Assembly: GCA_013333255.2 (NCBI GenBank) | Contig: JABCPE020000007.1 | Coordinates: forward strand, 137,300-201,299 | Direction of reading: 5' to 3' | Length of the DNA stretch: 64,000 bases | From: Flavobacteriaceae bacterium | GTDB lineage: Bacteria; Bacteroidota; Bacteroidia; Flavobacteriales; Weeksellaceae | In this document: positions 36,177 through 45,689 of the stretch, in pieces | Layout: every line of letters begins with the position of its first letter | Numbering within the stretch: position 1 is the stretch's first letter | Program-made: the position numbers and the translations under genes | Notes under the pieces: generated by a model | The model's database searches: none | What the model was told of the DNA's origin: nothing | What the model saw: only the letters and a program-made list of their open reading frames with translations

Positions 36177-37331
36177 ATGCGTATAACAAAATTTTTTAAA
36201 GAATTTTTCTCAAACAGCCAGTCCTCAGGGGTTTTATTGGTTTTATGTGTTACCATTTCTCTGATGATAGCCAACTCTTCGGCAGCGACTGGTTTTCAGG
36301 CTGTTTTAGATAAAATGGTAGGTCCATATTCTGTAAGTATGTGGATAAATGACGGTTTGATGGCGGTTTTCTTCCTTTTAGTAGGTTTAGAAATAAAACG
36401 AGAACTTCTCAAAGGCGAACTTTCTAACTTCAAAAACGCCTCACTTCCTATCTTTGCGGCGATTGGCGGAATGATAGTTCCTGCGATTATTTTTACTATT
36501 TTCAATCATGGTACGGAATACAGCAATGGGTGGGCTATTCCTATGGCTACAGATATTGCTTTCTCACTGGCTATTGTTTCTATGCTAGGAAAAAGTGTCC
36601 CGTCTGCGATAAAAGTATTTTTGGCTGCTTTAGCGATTGTGGATGACTTAGGAGCGATTGTAGTAATTGCGATTTTCTACACGGATGAAATTCATTGGAA
36701 TTATCTCGCTTACAGCGGTTTAGTCATAGTTTTACTTGCTGCATTAAATTATTTTAAAGTTAAAAAGCATATTTTTTATCTAATTCCAGGGGCATTTTTA
36801 TGGTATTTCATGCATCATTCTGGTATTCATGCTACCATTGCAGGAGTTATTTTAGCATTTACTATTCCTGCTAATTCAGAAAACGAGTCAGAGCCTTCTC
36901 CATTAGAGAAGTTAGAACATGCTTTACACCTTCCTGTGAGCTATGCTATCATGCCGATTTTTGCACTTACAAATACCAATATCACTTTTAAAGGAGGCAT
37001 GGTAGACGGGCTGTTTTCAAACTTTGGATATGGAATAGTATTGGGTCTTATTTTAGGAAAACTTATTGGGATTAACCTATTTTCTTTCATTGCTATAAAA
37101 CTGAAAATCAGCAGTCTTCCTGACCGAAGTAGATGGATTCACATGGCTGGAGCCGGACTATTGGCAGGGATAGGTTTTACGATGTCTATTTTCATCGCAC
37201 TGCTTTCTTATAAAGACAGCCAAGAGCTGCAAGATTCGGCTAAATTTGCTATTCTTACAGCATCTATACTGGCAGGTAGTTTAGGATATTTACTCCTAAA
37301 AAACGCAGCTAAAAATGATAATTCTATTTAA
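36177..37331 (+). CDS. nhaA: Na+/H+ antiporter NhaA
   Basis: WINDGLMAVFFLLVGLEIKRE, and LAIVDDLGAI (the paired Asp motif). Confidence 0.93.
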   Translation: MRITKFFKEFFSNSQSSGVLLVLCVTISLMIANSSAATGFQAVLDKMVGPYSVSMWINDGLMAVFFLLVGLEIKRELLKGELSNFKNASLPIFAAIGGMIVPAIIFTIFNHGTEYSNGWAIPMATDIAFSLAIVSMLGKSVPSAIKVFLAALAIVDDLGAIVVIAIFYTDEIHWNYLAYSGLVIVLLAALNYFKVKKHIFYLIPGAFLWYFMHHSGIHATIAGVILAFTIPANSENESEPSPLEKLEHALHLPVSYAIMPIFALTNTNITFKGGMVDGLFSNFGYGIVLGLILGKLIGINLFSFIAIKLKISSLPDRSRWIHMAGAGLLAGIGFTMSIFIALLSYKDSQELQDSAKFAILTASILAGSLGYLLLKNAAKNDNSI

Positions 37332-37347
37332 TTTTTAAAAGAAAATA

Positions 37348-37381
37348 AAAAAGAGCAGCTAAAATTTTAGCTGCTCTTTTT
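37348..37381. terminator. Bidirectional rho-independent terminator
   Basis: Perfect palindrome AAAAGAGCAGCTAAAA / TTTTAGCTGCTCTTTT centred at 37364/37365. Confidence 0.85.
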
Positions 37382-37398
37382 ATTTACAATATTTTAAA

Positions 37399-38346
37399 CT
37401 ATATCTGAAAATCTATTTCGCTCTCTTCTGCGCTGTCATTTTTCTGCTTGTTGGAATCGTGTATTCGCTTTATCGCTAAATTCAGCTCATTTCCAAACAT
37501 TATCAGCACCACATTCACATCCACCCAAATCATTAATAAAATCACGGAACCGATGGAACCATAGAGGACATTATACCTCGCAATCTTACTGACATAGATG
37601 GCAAAAAAATAGGTCACTACCATAAATAAAATCGTAGTTAAAATAGCCCCAGGAATAGATTGTTTAAACCTTGTAATATCCACAGAACCAACCCAATATA
37701 GAAGCGTCAGCAATAAGCAATAGACCAAAGGAAAGGAGAAGTATCCGATAATTACTGTCAAATTAGAAAAAAACCAATTACTCGGATATTCGGGCATTAA
37801 TAATTTAAAAACAACTTCGGCGTAGTAAATCCCCAAAAGGCACATTACGATAGCCACTGTTAGACTCGCTGTAACTAAAAAAGCCAAAAAATACTCCCAA
37901 ATCATCCCCCTCTTCGTATCCGTATCATGATTAAAGCCATTGATAAGGGCGTAAGTGCCATTCGTAGCAAAAACAAGTACCAAACCAATGGTCAATAAGC
38001 TCATTTCAGCAATACTCGGCATAATGTTTTGCTCTATATACCCCGTCACATCATCCAGCATATGGTCTGGCAGGACATGAGGCATCAGTTCATTAAAAAT
38101 ATAATAATAAAGCTCCTCATAATGTGGCAGATATGGTAAAACCGAAAGAATGAACAATATCAGTGGAAAAAGACTTATAAAAAAGCTGAAAGAAACGCTC
38201 GATGCTCGTCTAATAATCTGTTTTTGAAATATCCCCCCTACATAAATCTCTAAAAGCCCCCAAAGAGAAAGATCCAGCACAGGTAAATGGATTCCATCTA
38301 AAAAACCATGGATTTTCTGATATATTTTGAACTTTTTTATCTCCAT
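37399..38346 (-). CDS. YihY/BrkB-family membrane protein
   Basis: Six TM segments and a YihY-type pattern. The ORF is open to 38385, but MEIKKFKIYQ at 38346 avoids abutting rlmH. Confidence 0.8.
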   Translation of the reverse strand: MEIKKFKIYQKIHGFLDGIHLPVLDLSLWGLLEIYVGGIFQKQIIRRASSVSFSFFISLFPLILFILSVLPYLPHYEELYYYIFNELMPHVLPDHMLDDVTGYIEQNIMPSIAEMSLLTIGLVLVFATNGTYALINGFNHDTDTKRGMIWEYFLAFLVTASLTVAIVMCLLGIYYAEVVFKLLMPEYPSNWFFSNLTVIIGYFSFPLVYCLLLTLLYWVGSVDITRFKQSIPGAILTTILFMVVTYFFAIYVSKIARYNVLYGSIGSVILLMIWVDVNVVLIMFGNELNLAIKRIHDSNKQKNDSAEESEIDFQI

Positions 38347-38385
38347 TTTAGTTACATTTGCAGACCACAAAGATACAGAAACCAT

Positions 38386-38859
38386 ATGAAATTCAATCTC
38401 ATTTGCATAGGAAAAACCGATGACCGAGAGATTACCAATCTTATTTCCAACTACTTACCACGCATTCCGAAACATTGGAATTTTGAGATTATTGAAATTC
38501 CTGATGTCAAAAACGCAAAAAATCTATCTCCAGATTTACTAAAAAAGGAAGAAACAAAGTTGTTTTTAAACCAAATTGACAATGCAGATTTGGTTATTCT
38601 TTTGGATGAAAAAGGGAAAGAATTTACCAGCCGACAGTTTTCAGAAAAAATAGATTTCTGGCTCAATACATCAGTTAAAAAAGTAAATTTTCTCATCGGC
38701 GGCGCTTATGGTTTTTCTGATGAAATGTACCAAAGAGCCAATGAGAAAATTTCTTTATCAAAAATGACTTTCACACACCAGATGATTCGGCTGTTCTTTG
38801 TCGAGCAAATCTATCGCGCTTCTACTATTTTACAGGGAAAACCCTATCATAATGATTAA
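38386..38859 (+). CDS. rlmH: 23S rRNA (pseudouridine1915-N3)-methyltransferase RlmH
   Basis: MKFNLICIGKT... and FLIGGAYGFS, LSLSKMTFTHQM. The track ORF starts at 38308, but that extension is unlikely to be real. Confidence 0.9.
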   Translation: MKFNLICIGKTDDREITNLISNYLPRIPKHWNFEIIEIPDVKNAKNLSPDLLKKEETKLFLNQIDNADLVILLDEKGKEFTSRQFSEKIDFWLNTSVKKVNFLIGGAYGFSDEMYQRANEKISLSKMTFTHQMIRLFFVEQIYRASTILQGKPYHND

Positions 38860-38865
38860 CTGATT

Positions 38866-39438
38866 TTATATATTCCAAATGCTCCATTTTGTTTTTACAA
38901 CAGCAGGATTTTTCGCGCTTAATCTATTGTAAAATTCTTTGAAATTGTTATTCCAAATATTGTAATTATGCGCAAATCGGAACACCACATCTTTTCCTTC
39001 TATTCTTACACTAATTTGCCAAATTTTGACATTATTGATAGTTATGCTTGTTTTTTTGAGTTCGGTTATTTGATCAAAAGGAACTTCGATCGCTTTACCA
39101 TCTTTGGCAACAATGTAGAATAGATCTTTATCATCAAAATAAAAACTCTCATCACTAATAGCCTTACTCTCCAGACCAAAAAAGAAAGGTCTTGATGAGA
39201 TTTTTTTCAGCTGTGCTATGTCTTTATCTTTTTGCAAATTGCTAAATACAATTTTATCAGTATTCTTATTCCATTCTCCTTTATAATAACTAAAAACTTC
39301 CCAAATAATATAGATAGAAAATACTATACTCAGAAATAGTGCAAAGAAAGCAACAATTCTCTCTTTTCTAAAAAGTATAACAATAATTACTATTCCCAGT
39401 ATATACGCTAAAATTGCTATAATAATTTTTTTTAACAT
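38866..39438 (-). CDS. Membrane protein, function unknown (two N-terminal TM segments)
   Basis: ORF plus hydrophobic segments only. Confidence 0.5.
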   Translation of the reverse strand: MLKKIIIAILAYILGIVIIVILFRKERIVAFFALFLSIVFSIYIIWEVFSYYKGEWNKNTDKIVFSNLQKDKDIAQLKKISSRPFFFGLESKAISDESFYFDDKDLFYIVAKDGKAIEVPFDQITELKKTSITINNVKIWQISVRIEGKDVVFRFAHNYNIWNNNFKEFYNRLSAKNPAVVKTKWSIWNI

Positions 39439-39459
39439 TTTCGTTATATTTTTGATTAA

Positions 39460-39491
39460 AAAAAAGAGAGATTTAAAATCTCTCTTTTTAC
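39460..39491. terminator. Rho-independent terminator after the OmpA-family gene
   Basis: GAGAGAT (39468-39474) pairs with ATCTCTC (39480-39486), flanked by A8 and T4. Confidence 0.75.
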
Positions 39492-39493
39492 TT

Positions 39494-40789
39494 TTATTTT
39501 GATGCTATATGTGAATCTTTATTACCTGACTCGTTAGTCAATTCGAAAGAAACTCTTCTTACCAATTTTCTCGCTCCTGCGGAACTAGATTTAGCGCCTT
39601 TATCTATTCCCTTACCTTCTGATACTAGTCTTGATGTATCCACTCCCATCTCAACTAATAACTGTTTAACTGCATCTGCTCTCTTCTTAGATAGTTTTTC
39701 GTTATATCCTGCATTACCCACTTGGTCTGTGTAACCTATTATATTAAGTTTAGCATCTGGATTTTGTTTCAAGTAGTTAGCTACGAAACCTACTGCCCAC
39801 AATGAACCATCCTGAGGCTCAGAAGAATCAAATCCAAAGTAAGCATTAACATATCCTTTTTCTATAAGCTCCTTCGCTGGGTCTACACTTTCTACGATGA
39901 TGTTATTAGTAGTTGTATTTTGGTTAGATGCTATATTGCTGTTATTTACATCACCTTCATCATCAGAATCATTTGCATTATTGACATTATTATTAGCAAG
40001 AGCATTTTTGTCATTCTCTATACGCTGACCATTTGCTGCCACATCGCTTCCTCCTCTTGTTATATGATTGTTTACTGTTTTCTCATTTTGAGCAACCTTT
40101 TTATCATCATCTTTATCTTCTCTCTTTATACCATACCAGTCTGCATGAACTTGTTTTTTACCTAAAGCAATCTGAAGCCCTGCAGTAGCAGTAAAGTTAA
40201 GTCCTTGGAAATTAACATGTCTCATTGGAGTCATATTAACATCTTTTGTCAAGTTTTCTCCGTTGAATGTATATTGTTGTGTCAAATACCAATTAAATGT
40301 ACCACTCAAAAGTAATGTTACTCTATCACTAAGACGAACTTGTGGAGTAAGACCAAAAGTAATGATACCTAAGTTGTCAACTCCTCTAAAGTTTTTAGAT
40401 GTCATGTAACCATAACCTACTCCGACATGACCTAATAACCCTATGTTTTTAGTAAATTCTTCAAAAGCCAAAACACGACCTAAGTTAGCCACCCCTTGAA
40501 CATTCACATTCCATATTCTAGTAGCGAATTTAGGTGAGTTACCTGCTTGGTTTAGCTGGTCAAATCCTCCTCCTACACGAACACCAAATTTATTATTGAA
40601 CATGTAACGAATACCTCCATTCATCGTCCATAAATTTGGAAATGGTGTATTATATCCTTCAGAAAGACCTGAAGAAGATAGTATACTTACCCCTGCACCT
40701 GCATCAATAGACCACTTGTTATAATCCTGAGCATTTACTCCTAAAGAGAACAAGATAGCCATAACAAAAGCTAAGAATTGTCTTTTCAT
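39494..40789 (-). CDS. OmpA-family outer-membrane protein (N-terminal beta-barrel, N/D-rich linker, C-terminal OmpA-like domain)
   Basis: Signal peptide. The C-terminus has GYTDQVGNAGYNEKLSKKRADAV. The linker is NNNVNNANDSDDEGDVNNSN. Confidence 0.88.
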   Translation of the reverse strand: MKRQFLAFVMAILFSLGVNAQDYNKWSIDAGAGVSILSSSGLSEGYNTPFPNLWTMNGGIRYMFNNKFGVRVGGGFDQLNQAGNSPKFATRIWNVNVQGVANLGRVLAFEEFTKNIGLLGHVGVGYGYMTSKNFRGVDNLGIITFGLTPQVRLSDRVTLLLSGTFNWYLTQQYTFNGENLTKDVNMTPMRHVNFQGLNFTATAGLQIALGKKQVHADWYGIKREDKDDDKKVAQNEKTVNNHITRGGSDVAANGQRIENDKNALANNNVNNANDSDDEGDVNNSNIASNQNTTTNNIIVESVDPAKELIEKGYVNAYFGFDSSEPQDGSLWAVGFVANYLKQNPDAKLNIIGYTDQVGNAGYNEKLSKKRADAVKQLLVEMGVDTSRLVSEGKGIDKGAKSSSAGARKLVRRVSFELTNESGNKDSHIASK

Positions 40790-40870
40790 AATCTATATTT
40801 TAATTTATAGTAAATCTATTTTTTAATGTAAAATAACCCACTTAGATTCAGCGAGCTTTATTTAATCGAG

Positions 40871-40878
40871 CAAATGTA
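40871..40878 (-). promoter_or_regulatory. Candidate -7 box (TACATTTG on the minus strand)
   Basis: Forward CAAATGTA. It would give an ~75-nt leader for the OmpA-family gene. Confidence 0.35.
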
Positions 40879-40937
40879 CAAAAAAAATATATATCTTCCT
40901 AATAATCACCTGAAAAAAATACATTTTCTTGTATAAA

Positions 40938-40972
40938 TTTACATATGTTTTTATCTTATTCACATATGTAAA
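40938..40972. repeat. Inverted repeat with 11-bp arms: TTTACATATGT / ACATATGTAAA
   Basis: Read directly. The spacer is 13 nt, and each arm contains the palindrome ACATATGT. Confidence 0.85.
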
Positions 40973-41038
40973 TATCGCGATTAAACTCCCTGTTTATCGT
41001 GGTTTATAGATTTTTTTCTCTATTAAAAATAAAAAAAT

Positions 41039-41764
41039 TTATTTTTCAGAAAATATTTGTCCTAAAATAATGCCTGCCGCCATAGAAACATTAAGACTTT
41101 CAGTATGTTGAAGTTTTCCAAATCTTGGAATTGTGATATTTTGAGAAACAAGTTTTTTAATCTCTGGGCGGATACCATTTCCCTCATTGCCTAAGATAAG
41201 ATAAAAACGCTCTGGGAAATCTGTCTTGTAGAGGCTCTGTCCTACCATATCTGTCCCGAAAACTGGTCGATCTGGATTTCGTAAAAGCACCGCTATATCC
41301 TTATATATAACATTAACCCTCGTGAAAGAACCCATGGTCGCTTGGATTACTTTGGGATTATAAAAATCCACACAATCCTCGCTACAAACAATCTGCTCTA
41401 TCCCAAACCAGTCAGCCAAACGAATAATAGTTCCCAGATTACCAGGGTCTTGCACATTATCCAAAACCAACTGTATAGGAGCTTCTATGGAGGTGTTCTC
41501 CCTCAGCTCACAGACTGCAACAGAATTTTTAGGATTTTGTAACAGACTAATTTTTCTTAATTCTCGTTCTGTAATTAGATTGGTTTTAAATGACTGAAAA
41601 TCAGGATTAGATATATCCGTACTGAAAATCTCTTGTACCTTATAGGAAGAATTTTTTAGTTCTCGGATAATTTTATCTCCTTCAACCAAGAATAAATTGT
41701 ATTTTTGTCTAAATTTTTTTTTATCCAGAGATTGTAAAATTTTAATAGTATGAGCAGTAAGCAT
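41039..41764 (-). CDS. TrmH/SpoU-family RNA methyltransferase (RlmB-like)
   Basis: LVLDNVQDPGNLGTIIR, LILGNEGNGI, ESLNVSMAAGI. The ORF is open to 41791; MLTAHTIKILQSL is the probable start. Confidence 0.8.
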   Translation of the reverse strand: MLTAHTIKILQSLDKKKFRQKYNLFLVEGDKIIRELKNSSYKVQEIFSTDISNPDFQSFKTNLITERELRKISLLQNPKNSVAVCELRENTSIEAPIQLVLDNVQDPGNLGTIIRLADWFGIEQIVCSEDCVDFYNPKVIQATMGSFTRVNVIYKDIAVLLRNPDRPVFGTDMVGQSLYKTDFPERFYLILGNEGNGIRPEIKKLVSQNITIPRFGKLQHTESLNVSMAAGIILGQIFSEK

Positions 41765-44341
41765 AGGCATAAATATTTCCAAAAATATCATATATTTTTA
41801 TCTCTTGCAATAATTATGGCATTATTTTATGCCTGTACCACCAACAAAGTCCCTAAAGGACAGTATCTTTTAACTAAAAATAATTTCAAATTCACTGATG
41901 GCTCCGTCTATTCTAGTGGAGTATCCGACTATGTTTCCCAAAAACCTAACGGAAAGACACTCTTTATTTTTCCGATGAGTTTATGGTTTTATAATATGTC
42001 AAATCCTAAGTATGATACTATATTAAATAAATATACTACCTATCCCTCTCACCTTAGAAATAGTAAGCTGAGAGATACCTTATCCATCAGAGCTGGGCAT
42101 CCGGAATATGTGGGCAGAAGTATGCTTCTGAGCAGAATGCTTCATAGCATAGGAAAAGCACCTGTCATTCTCGATGAAAACAAAACCAGGCTGAGTGCCA
42201 ATGGTATCAAAAAATACCTGATATACAGAGGATACTGGGACACAGAGGTGGAATACAACATCAAAAAAGACTCCTCTGCTAAAAAGGCGCAGAATATCTT
42301 CACAATCACCCACAAAGATCCTACCTATATCAGTGAATACAACCATAATATTCCCTATCCTGATATAAGGGCTATTTATGAGCAAAATTATGACAAAAGC
42401 CTCATAAAGAAAGGCGATATCCTAAACCAAGTTCAGCTGGAAAACGAAATTAAAAGAATCACCGAGCTGATGAGGGCTGAGGGATATTATAAATTTAATA
42501 GTAATAATGAAGAAATATTCTTCACCGCGGATACTCTACAGAGCAGAAAACAAGTTCCTCTGACATTGGAGATTAAAAAAGACACTGTCGGCGGGCGATA
42601 CAAGAGACACACGATAGGAAAAATAGAAATTTATATAAAGGATAAGCCTTCTGACTCCACAATCATAGAGAAAAAAATAGGAGATGTTACCATAAGAAGG
42701 ATGCACCGCTACTTCAAGTCTAGACACCTTTGGAGAGCTGTCACGGTAGACAGCGGAGAAGTCTATAACCAAAGTAGAATAGACCTTACAAGAAGGAATC
42801 TCCTTGCTCTTGATAATTTCACTATCGTAAATGCGAATCCTTTGACAAGAAGGTCTAAAGAAGCGCCTAATGACAGTATCTTGGATCTTCGCTATACCCT
42901 TATTCCTTTACAAAGGTATAATCTAAAACTGGCTACGGATCTGCACTATTCCCAAATTCTAAACTTTGGGATTTCGCCAAGTTTGGAATTTACGAGTAGA
43001 AACATTTTCCGAGGAGGAGAAAACCTGAATCTAAGCTTTTCAGGAATTATCGGTACGACTGGAAATGAAAAAGGCAAGTTTTTCAACGCTTATGAAACTT
43101 CGGCAGAGGTCTCACTAAAATTCCCAAGATTCATCTCGCCTTTTAGAATGGACAAAATCATACCACGCCGATTTTCGCCATCATCCTCCATCACTTTTGG
43201 AGCATCCGTGCAGAATAATATCGGTCTGGGAAGAATTAACTTTAATGGTGGGATAAACTATTTCTTGAATGTAAATGATGTGGTTTCGCATCGTTTCACC
43301 CTGCTGAATTCTCTACTAAGTATTACCAGAAACAAGGATAACTACTATGATTTGTTCCCTAGTGACAAGATTGTCCGTGACTATATTTTTAGTCTTTATC
43401 AAAGTGTGAACCCTACTTTGGTTTCGCAGTTTTATAATGGAAATGTAACTTCTGATGCCGTTTCTAGGGCTATCTTGGATGATCACAGCTTTATGAGTGG
43501 TCTAAGTACGACTGACCTGTATCAGATGTCTTTATTCGAGCAGTCACTTATTAATAAAGAAAGACAGACTCAGGATGTTATCATTTTTGGGTTAAATTAT
43601 AACTTCTTGTACAACGAATTAGGCAAAAAATACTTCAAACACCCGTTCTATTTTAATGCTAAATTTGAACTCTCAGGAAACACACTAAGCTTGCTGGACA
43701 ATATATTCAAATTTGAGAGAAGAGACGAAAGTATAATACATGACGACGCACAGAGAAGTATTTTCGGAACGGTGTATTCTCAGTTTGCTAAATTGGACTT
43801 AGATATCAGAAAATATTTTAACTTCAATGATGGTAGACAGACCCTTGTTTTGAGACAATTCATAGGAATAGGGCTGCCATATGGGAACTCTAAAAACATG
43901 CCTTTCGCGCGCGCTTACTATAATGGTGGTTCCAATGATATCAGAGCTTGGAAAGCTTACGGCGGACTGGGACCTTCTGATTCTCAGCTAAATGAAAACA
44001 TCAGAACTTATATGATGGGGAACATGAAACTGACCACCAATATAGAATACCGTTTTATAATGAATAATATGTTCCACGGAGCTGTGTTCACGGATTTAGG
44101 TAACACTTGGTCCATAGGCGGAGAAAAGAACGAAAACTCATTCAAAATCACCAAATTCTACAAACAAATGGGAATTGGAAGTGGTTTTGGGATTAGGATG
44201 AATATCGCATATGTCACTTTCAGGCTGGATTTTGCTTACAAAATCTACGACCCGAACAGACCCGAAGGACAGAAATGGGTAGCTTCTAAAATCAATCTGC
44301 TAGACCCTACTATAAACTTCGCGATAGGATATCCTTTCTAA
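41750..44341 (+). CDS. BamA/TamA-family (Omp85, surface antigen D15) outer-membrane protein
   Basis: Lipoprotein-like signal (IIMALFYAC), POTRA-like N-terminal region, and a C-terminal Omp85 barrel ending ...NFAIGYPF. Confidence 0.8.
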   Translation: MSSKHRHKYFQKYHIFLSLAIIMALFYACTTNKVPKGQYLLTKNNFKFTDGSVYSSGVSDYVSQKPNGKTLFIFPMSLWFYNMSNPKYDTILNKYTTYPSHLRNSKLRDTLSIRAGHPEYVGRSMLLSRMLHSIGKAPVILDENKTRLSANGIKKYLIYRGYWDTEVEYNIKKDSSAKKAQNIFTITHKDPTYISEYNHNIPYPDIRAIYEQNYDKSLIKKGDILNQVQLENEIKRITELMRAEGYYKFNSNNEEIFFTADTLQSRKQVPLTLEIKKDTVGGRYKRHTIGKIEIYIKDKPSDSTIIEKKIGDVTIRRMHRYFKSRHLWRAVTVDSGEVYNQSRIDLTRRNLLALDNFTIVNANPLTRRSKEAPNDSILDLRYTLIPLQRYNLKLATDLHYSQILNFGISPSLEFTSRNIFRGGENLNLSFSGIIGTTGNEKGKFFNAYETSAEVSLKFPRFISPFRMDKIIPRRFSPSSSITFGASVQNNIGLGRINFNGGINYFLNVNDVVSHRFTLLNSLLSITRNKDNYYDLFPSDKIVRDYIFSLYQSVNPTLVSQFYNGNVTSDAVSRAILDDHSFMSGLSTTDLYQMSLFEQSLINKERQTQDVIIFGLNYNFLYNELGKKYFKHPFYFNAKFELSGNTLSLLDNIFKFERRDESIIHDDAQRSIFGTVYSQFAKLDLDIRKYFNFNDGRQTLVLRQFIGIGLPYGNSKNMPFARAYYNGGSNDIRAWKAYGGLGPSDSQLNENIRTYMMGNMKLTTNIEYRFIMNNMFHGAVFTDLGNTWSIGGEKNENSFKITKFYKQMGIGSGFGIRMNIAYVTFRLDFAYKIYDPNRPEGQKWVASKINLLDPTINFAIGYPF

Positions 44342-44350
44342 ACTTACTGA

Positions 44351-44390
44351 AAAAGGTTCAAGACAAAACATCTTGAACCTTTTTTATTTT
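44351..44390 (+). terminator. Rho-independent terminator
   Basis: AAAAGGTTCAAGA (44351-44363) pairs with TCTTGAACCTTTT (44371-44383), followed by a T-rich tail. Confidence 0.85.
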
Positions 44391-44466
44391 TCTAAATTTT
44401 AAGAAATTAAAATAGCTTGGGTTCATTTTATAAAATGCTATTGCCTAAATAATCGATAATATTTTT

Positions 44467-44474
44467 TATCTTTG
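44467..44474 (+). promoter_or_regulatory. Candidate -7 box (TATCTTTG) for ychF
   Basis: Matches TAnnTTTG, within TTTTTATCTTTGCAGCTGGT. Confidence 0.45.
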
Positions 44475-44523
44475 CAGCTGGTAAAAACAAGGCGTATTTG
44501 CCTTTTGAATAAAATATAAATTT

Positions 44524-45615
44524 ATGAAATGTGGAATTGTGGGCTTGCCCAATGTAGGAAAATCTACCCTTTTTAATTGTTTGAGTAACGCTAAAGCACA
44601 GTCAGCAAACTATCCTTTCTGTACCATAGAACCCAATGTAGGAACGGTTTCTGTGCCAGACCCTAGACTGTTCGAATTAGAAAAAATAGTAAAACCAGAG
44701 CGTGTCCTTCCTACCGTAGTAGAGATTGTAGACATTGCAGGGCTGGTAAAAGGAGCGAGCAAGGGAGAAGGTCTTGGAAATCAGTTTCTTGCAAACATCC
44801 GTGAGTGTGATGCCATCATCCATATGCTTAGATGTTTTGAAAACGGAAACATCGTCCATGTGGAAGGTTCTGTAGACCCGCTGAGAGATAAAGAAATCAT
44901 AGATATAGAACTACAGCTCAAGGACTTAGAAGTTCTTGGAAAAGCGATAGAAAAAGCTAAAAAACAAATAAAATCTGGCAAAAAAGAAGATGTCCAGACT
45001 TATGAAACTCTTGTAAAACTAAACGAGTTCATAGAAAGCGGAAAAAATGCAAGAGAATTCCCAGCGGATGATTTTGCTAAATCAATCATCGATGAAATTC
45101 ATCTTTTGACTAAAAAACCTGTTCTCTATGTGTGCAATGTAGATGAGGACTCTATCCGAAACGGAAATCCTTGGATTGCTAAAATAGAAGAAATGGCAGC
45201 TAAAGAAGGTTCTGATACTCTGGTAATTGCAGCACAGATAGAAGCTGATATCAACGAGCTGGAAACTTACGAAGAACGCCAAATTTTCTTGGAAGAACTA
45301 GGACTAAAAGAACCAGGTGTCAATCGTCTTATCCGTCAGGCTTATCATTTGCTAAAACTTCAGACCTACTTCACTGCTGGTGTGAAAGAAGTAAGGGCAT
45401 GGACTATCGGCATCGGCTGGACTGCGCCACAGGCGGCAGGAGTGATTCACTCTGATTTCGAAAAAGGATTTATCCGTGCAGAAGTGATGAAATATGAAGA
45501 TTTCATACACTATGGTTCTGAACTAAAAGTAAAAGAGGCAGGAAAACTCTCCGTAGAAGGCAAAGAATACATCGTGCAAGATGGTGACATTATGCATTTT
45601 AGATTTAATGTTTAG
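44524..45615 (+). CDS. ychF: Redox-regulated ATPase YchF
   Basis: GLPNVGKSTLFN, DIAGLVKGAS, and the C-terminal TGS-like FIRAEV...DGDIMHFRFN. Confidence 0.96.
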   Translation: MKCGIVGLPNVGKSTLFNCLSNAKAQSANYPFCTIEPNVGTVSVPDPRLFELEKIVKPERVLPTVVEIVDIAGLVKGASKGEGLGNQFLANIRECDAIIHMLRCFENGNIVHVEGSVDPLRDKEIIDIELQLKDLEVLGKAIEKAKKQIKSGKKEDVQTYETLVKLNEFIESGKNAREFPADDFAKSIIDEIHLLTKKPVLYVCNVDEDSIRNGNPWIAKIEEMAAKEGSDTLVIAAQIEADINELETYEERQIFLEELGLKEPGVNRLIRQAYHLLKLQTYFTAGVKEVRAWTIGIGWTAPQAAGVIHSDFEKGFIRAEVMKYEDFIHYGSELKVKEAGKLSVEGKEYIVQDGDIMHFRFNV

Positions 45616-45652
45616 TCCTTGCTAATGAATTTTTCTCATATTATTTTTAATT

Positions 45653-45688
45653 AAAAAAGTCAGTTGCTAATGCGACTGACCTTTTTTT
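45653..45688. terminator. Bidirectional rho-independent terminator
   Basis: GTCAGTTGC (45659-45667) pairs with GCGACTGAC (45672-45680), with one G-U pair. Flanked by A6 and T7. Confidence 0.8.
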
Positions 45689-45689
45689 G

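Noticed and set aside
38308-38385. N-terminal extension of rlmH (MDFLIYFELFYLHFSYICRPQRYRNH...) and the matching extension of the divergent YihY ORF (MVSVSLWSANVTK)
   Set aside because: The extensions overlap the neighbouring gene's 5' end and look non-proteinaceous. The canonical RlmH N-terminus MKFNLICIGK starts at 38386, and the YihY-type sequence starts at 38346.
39900-40020. N/D-rich low-complexity stretch in the OmpA-family gene (NNNVNNANDSDDEGDVNNSNIASNQNTTTNN), considered as a possible repeat element or insertion
   Set aside because: It is in-frame and sits exactly where barrel-to-OmpA-domain linkers occur. DSDDEGD resembles a degenerate calcium-binding TSP3-type turn, which is common in Bacteroidota OmpA proteins. 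It is not a DNA-level tandem repeat.
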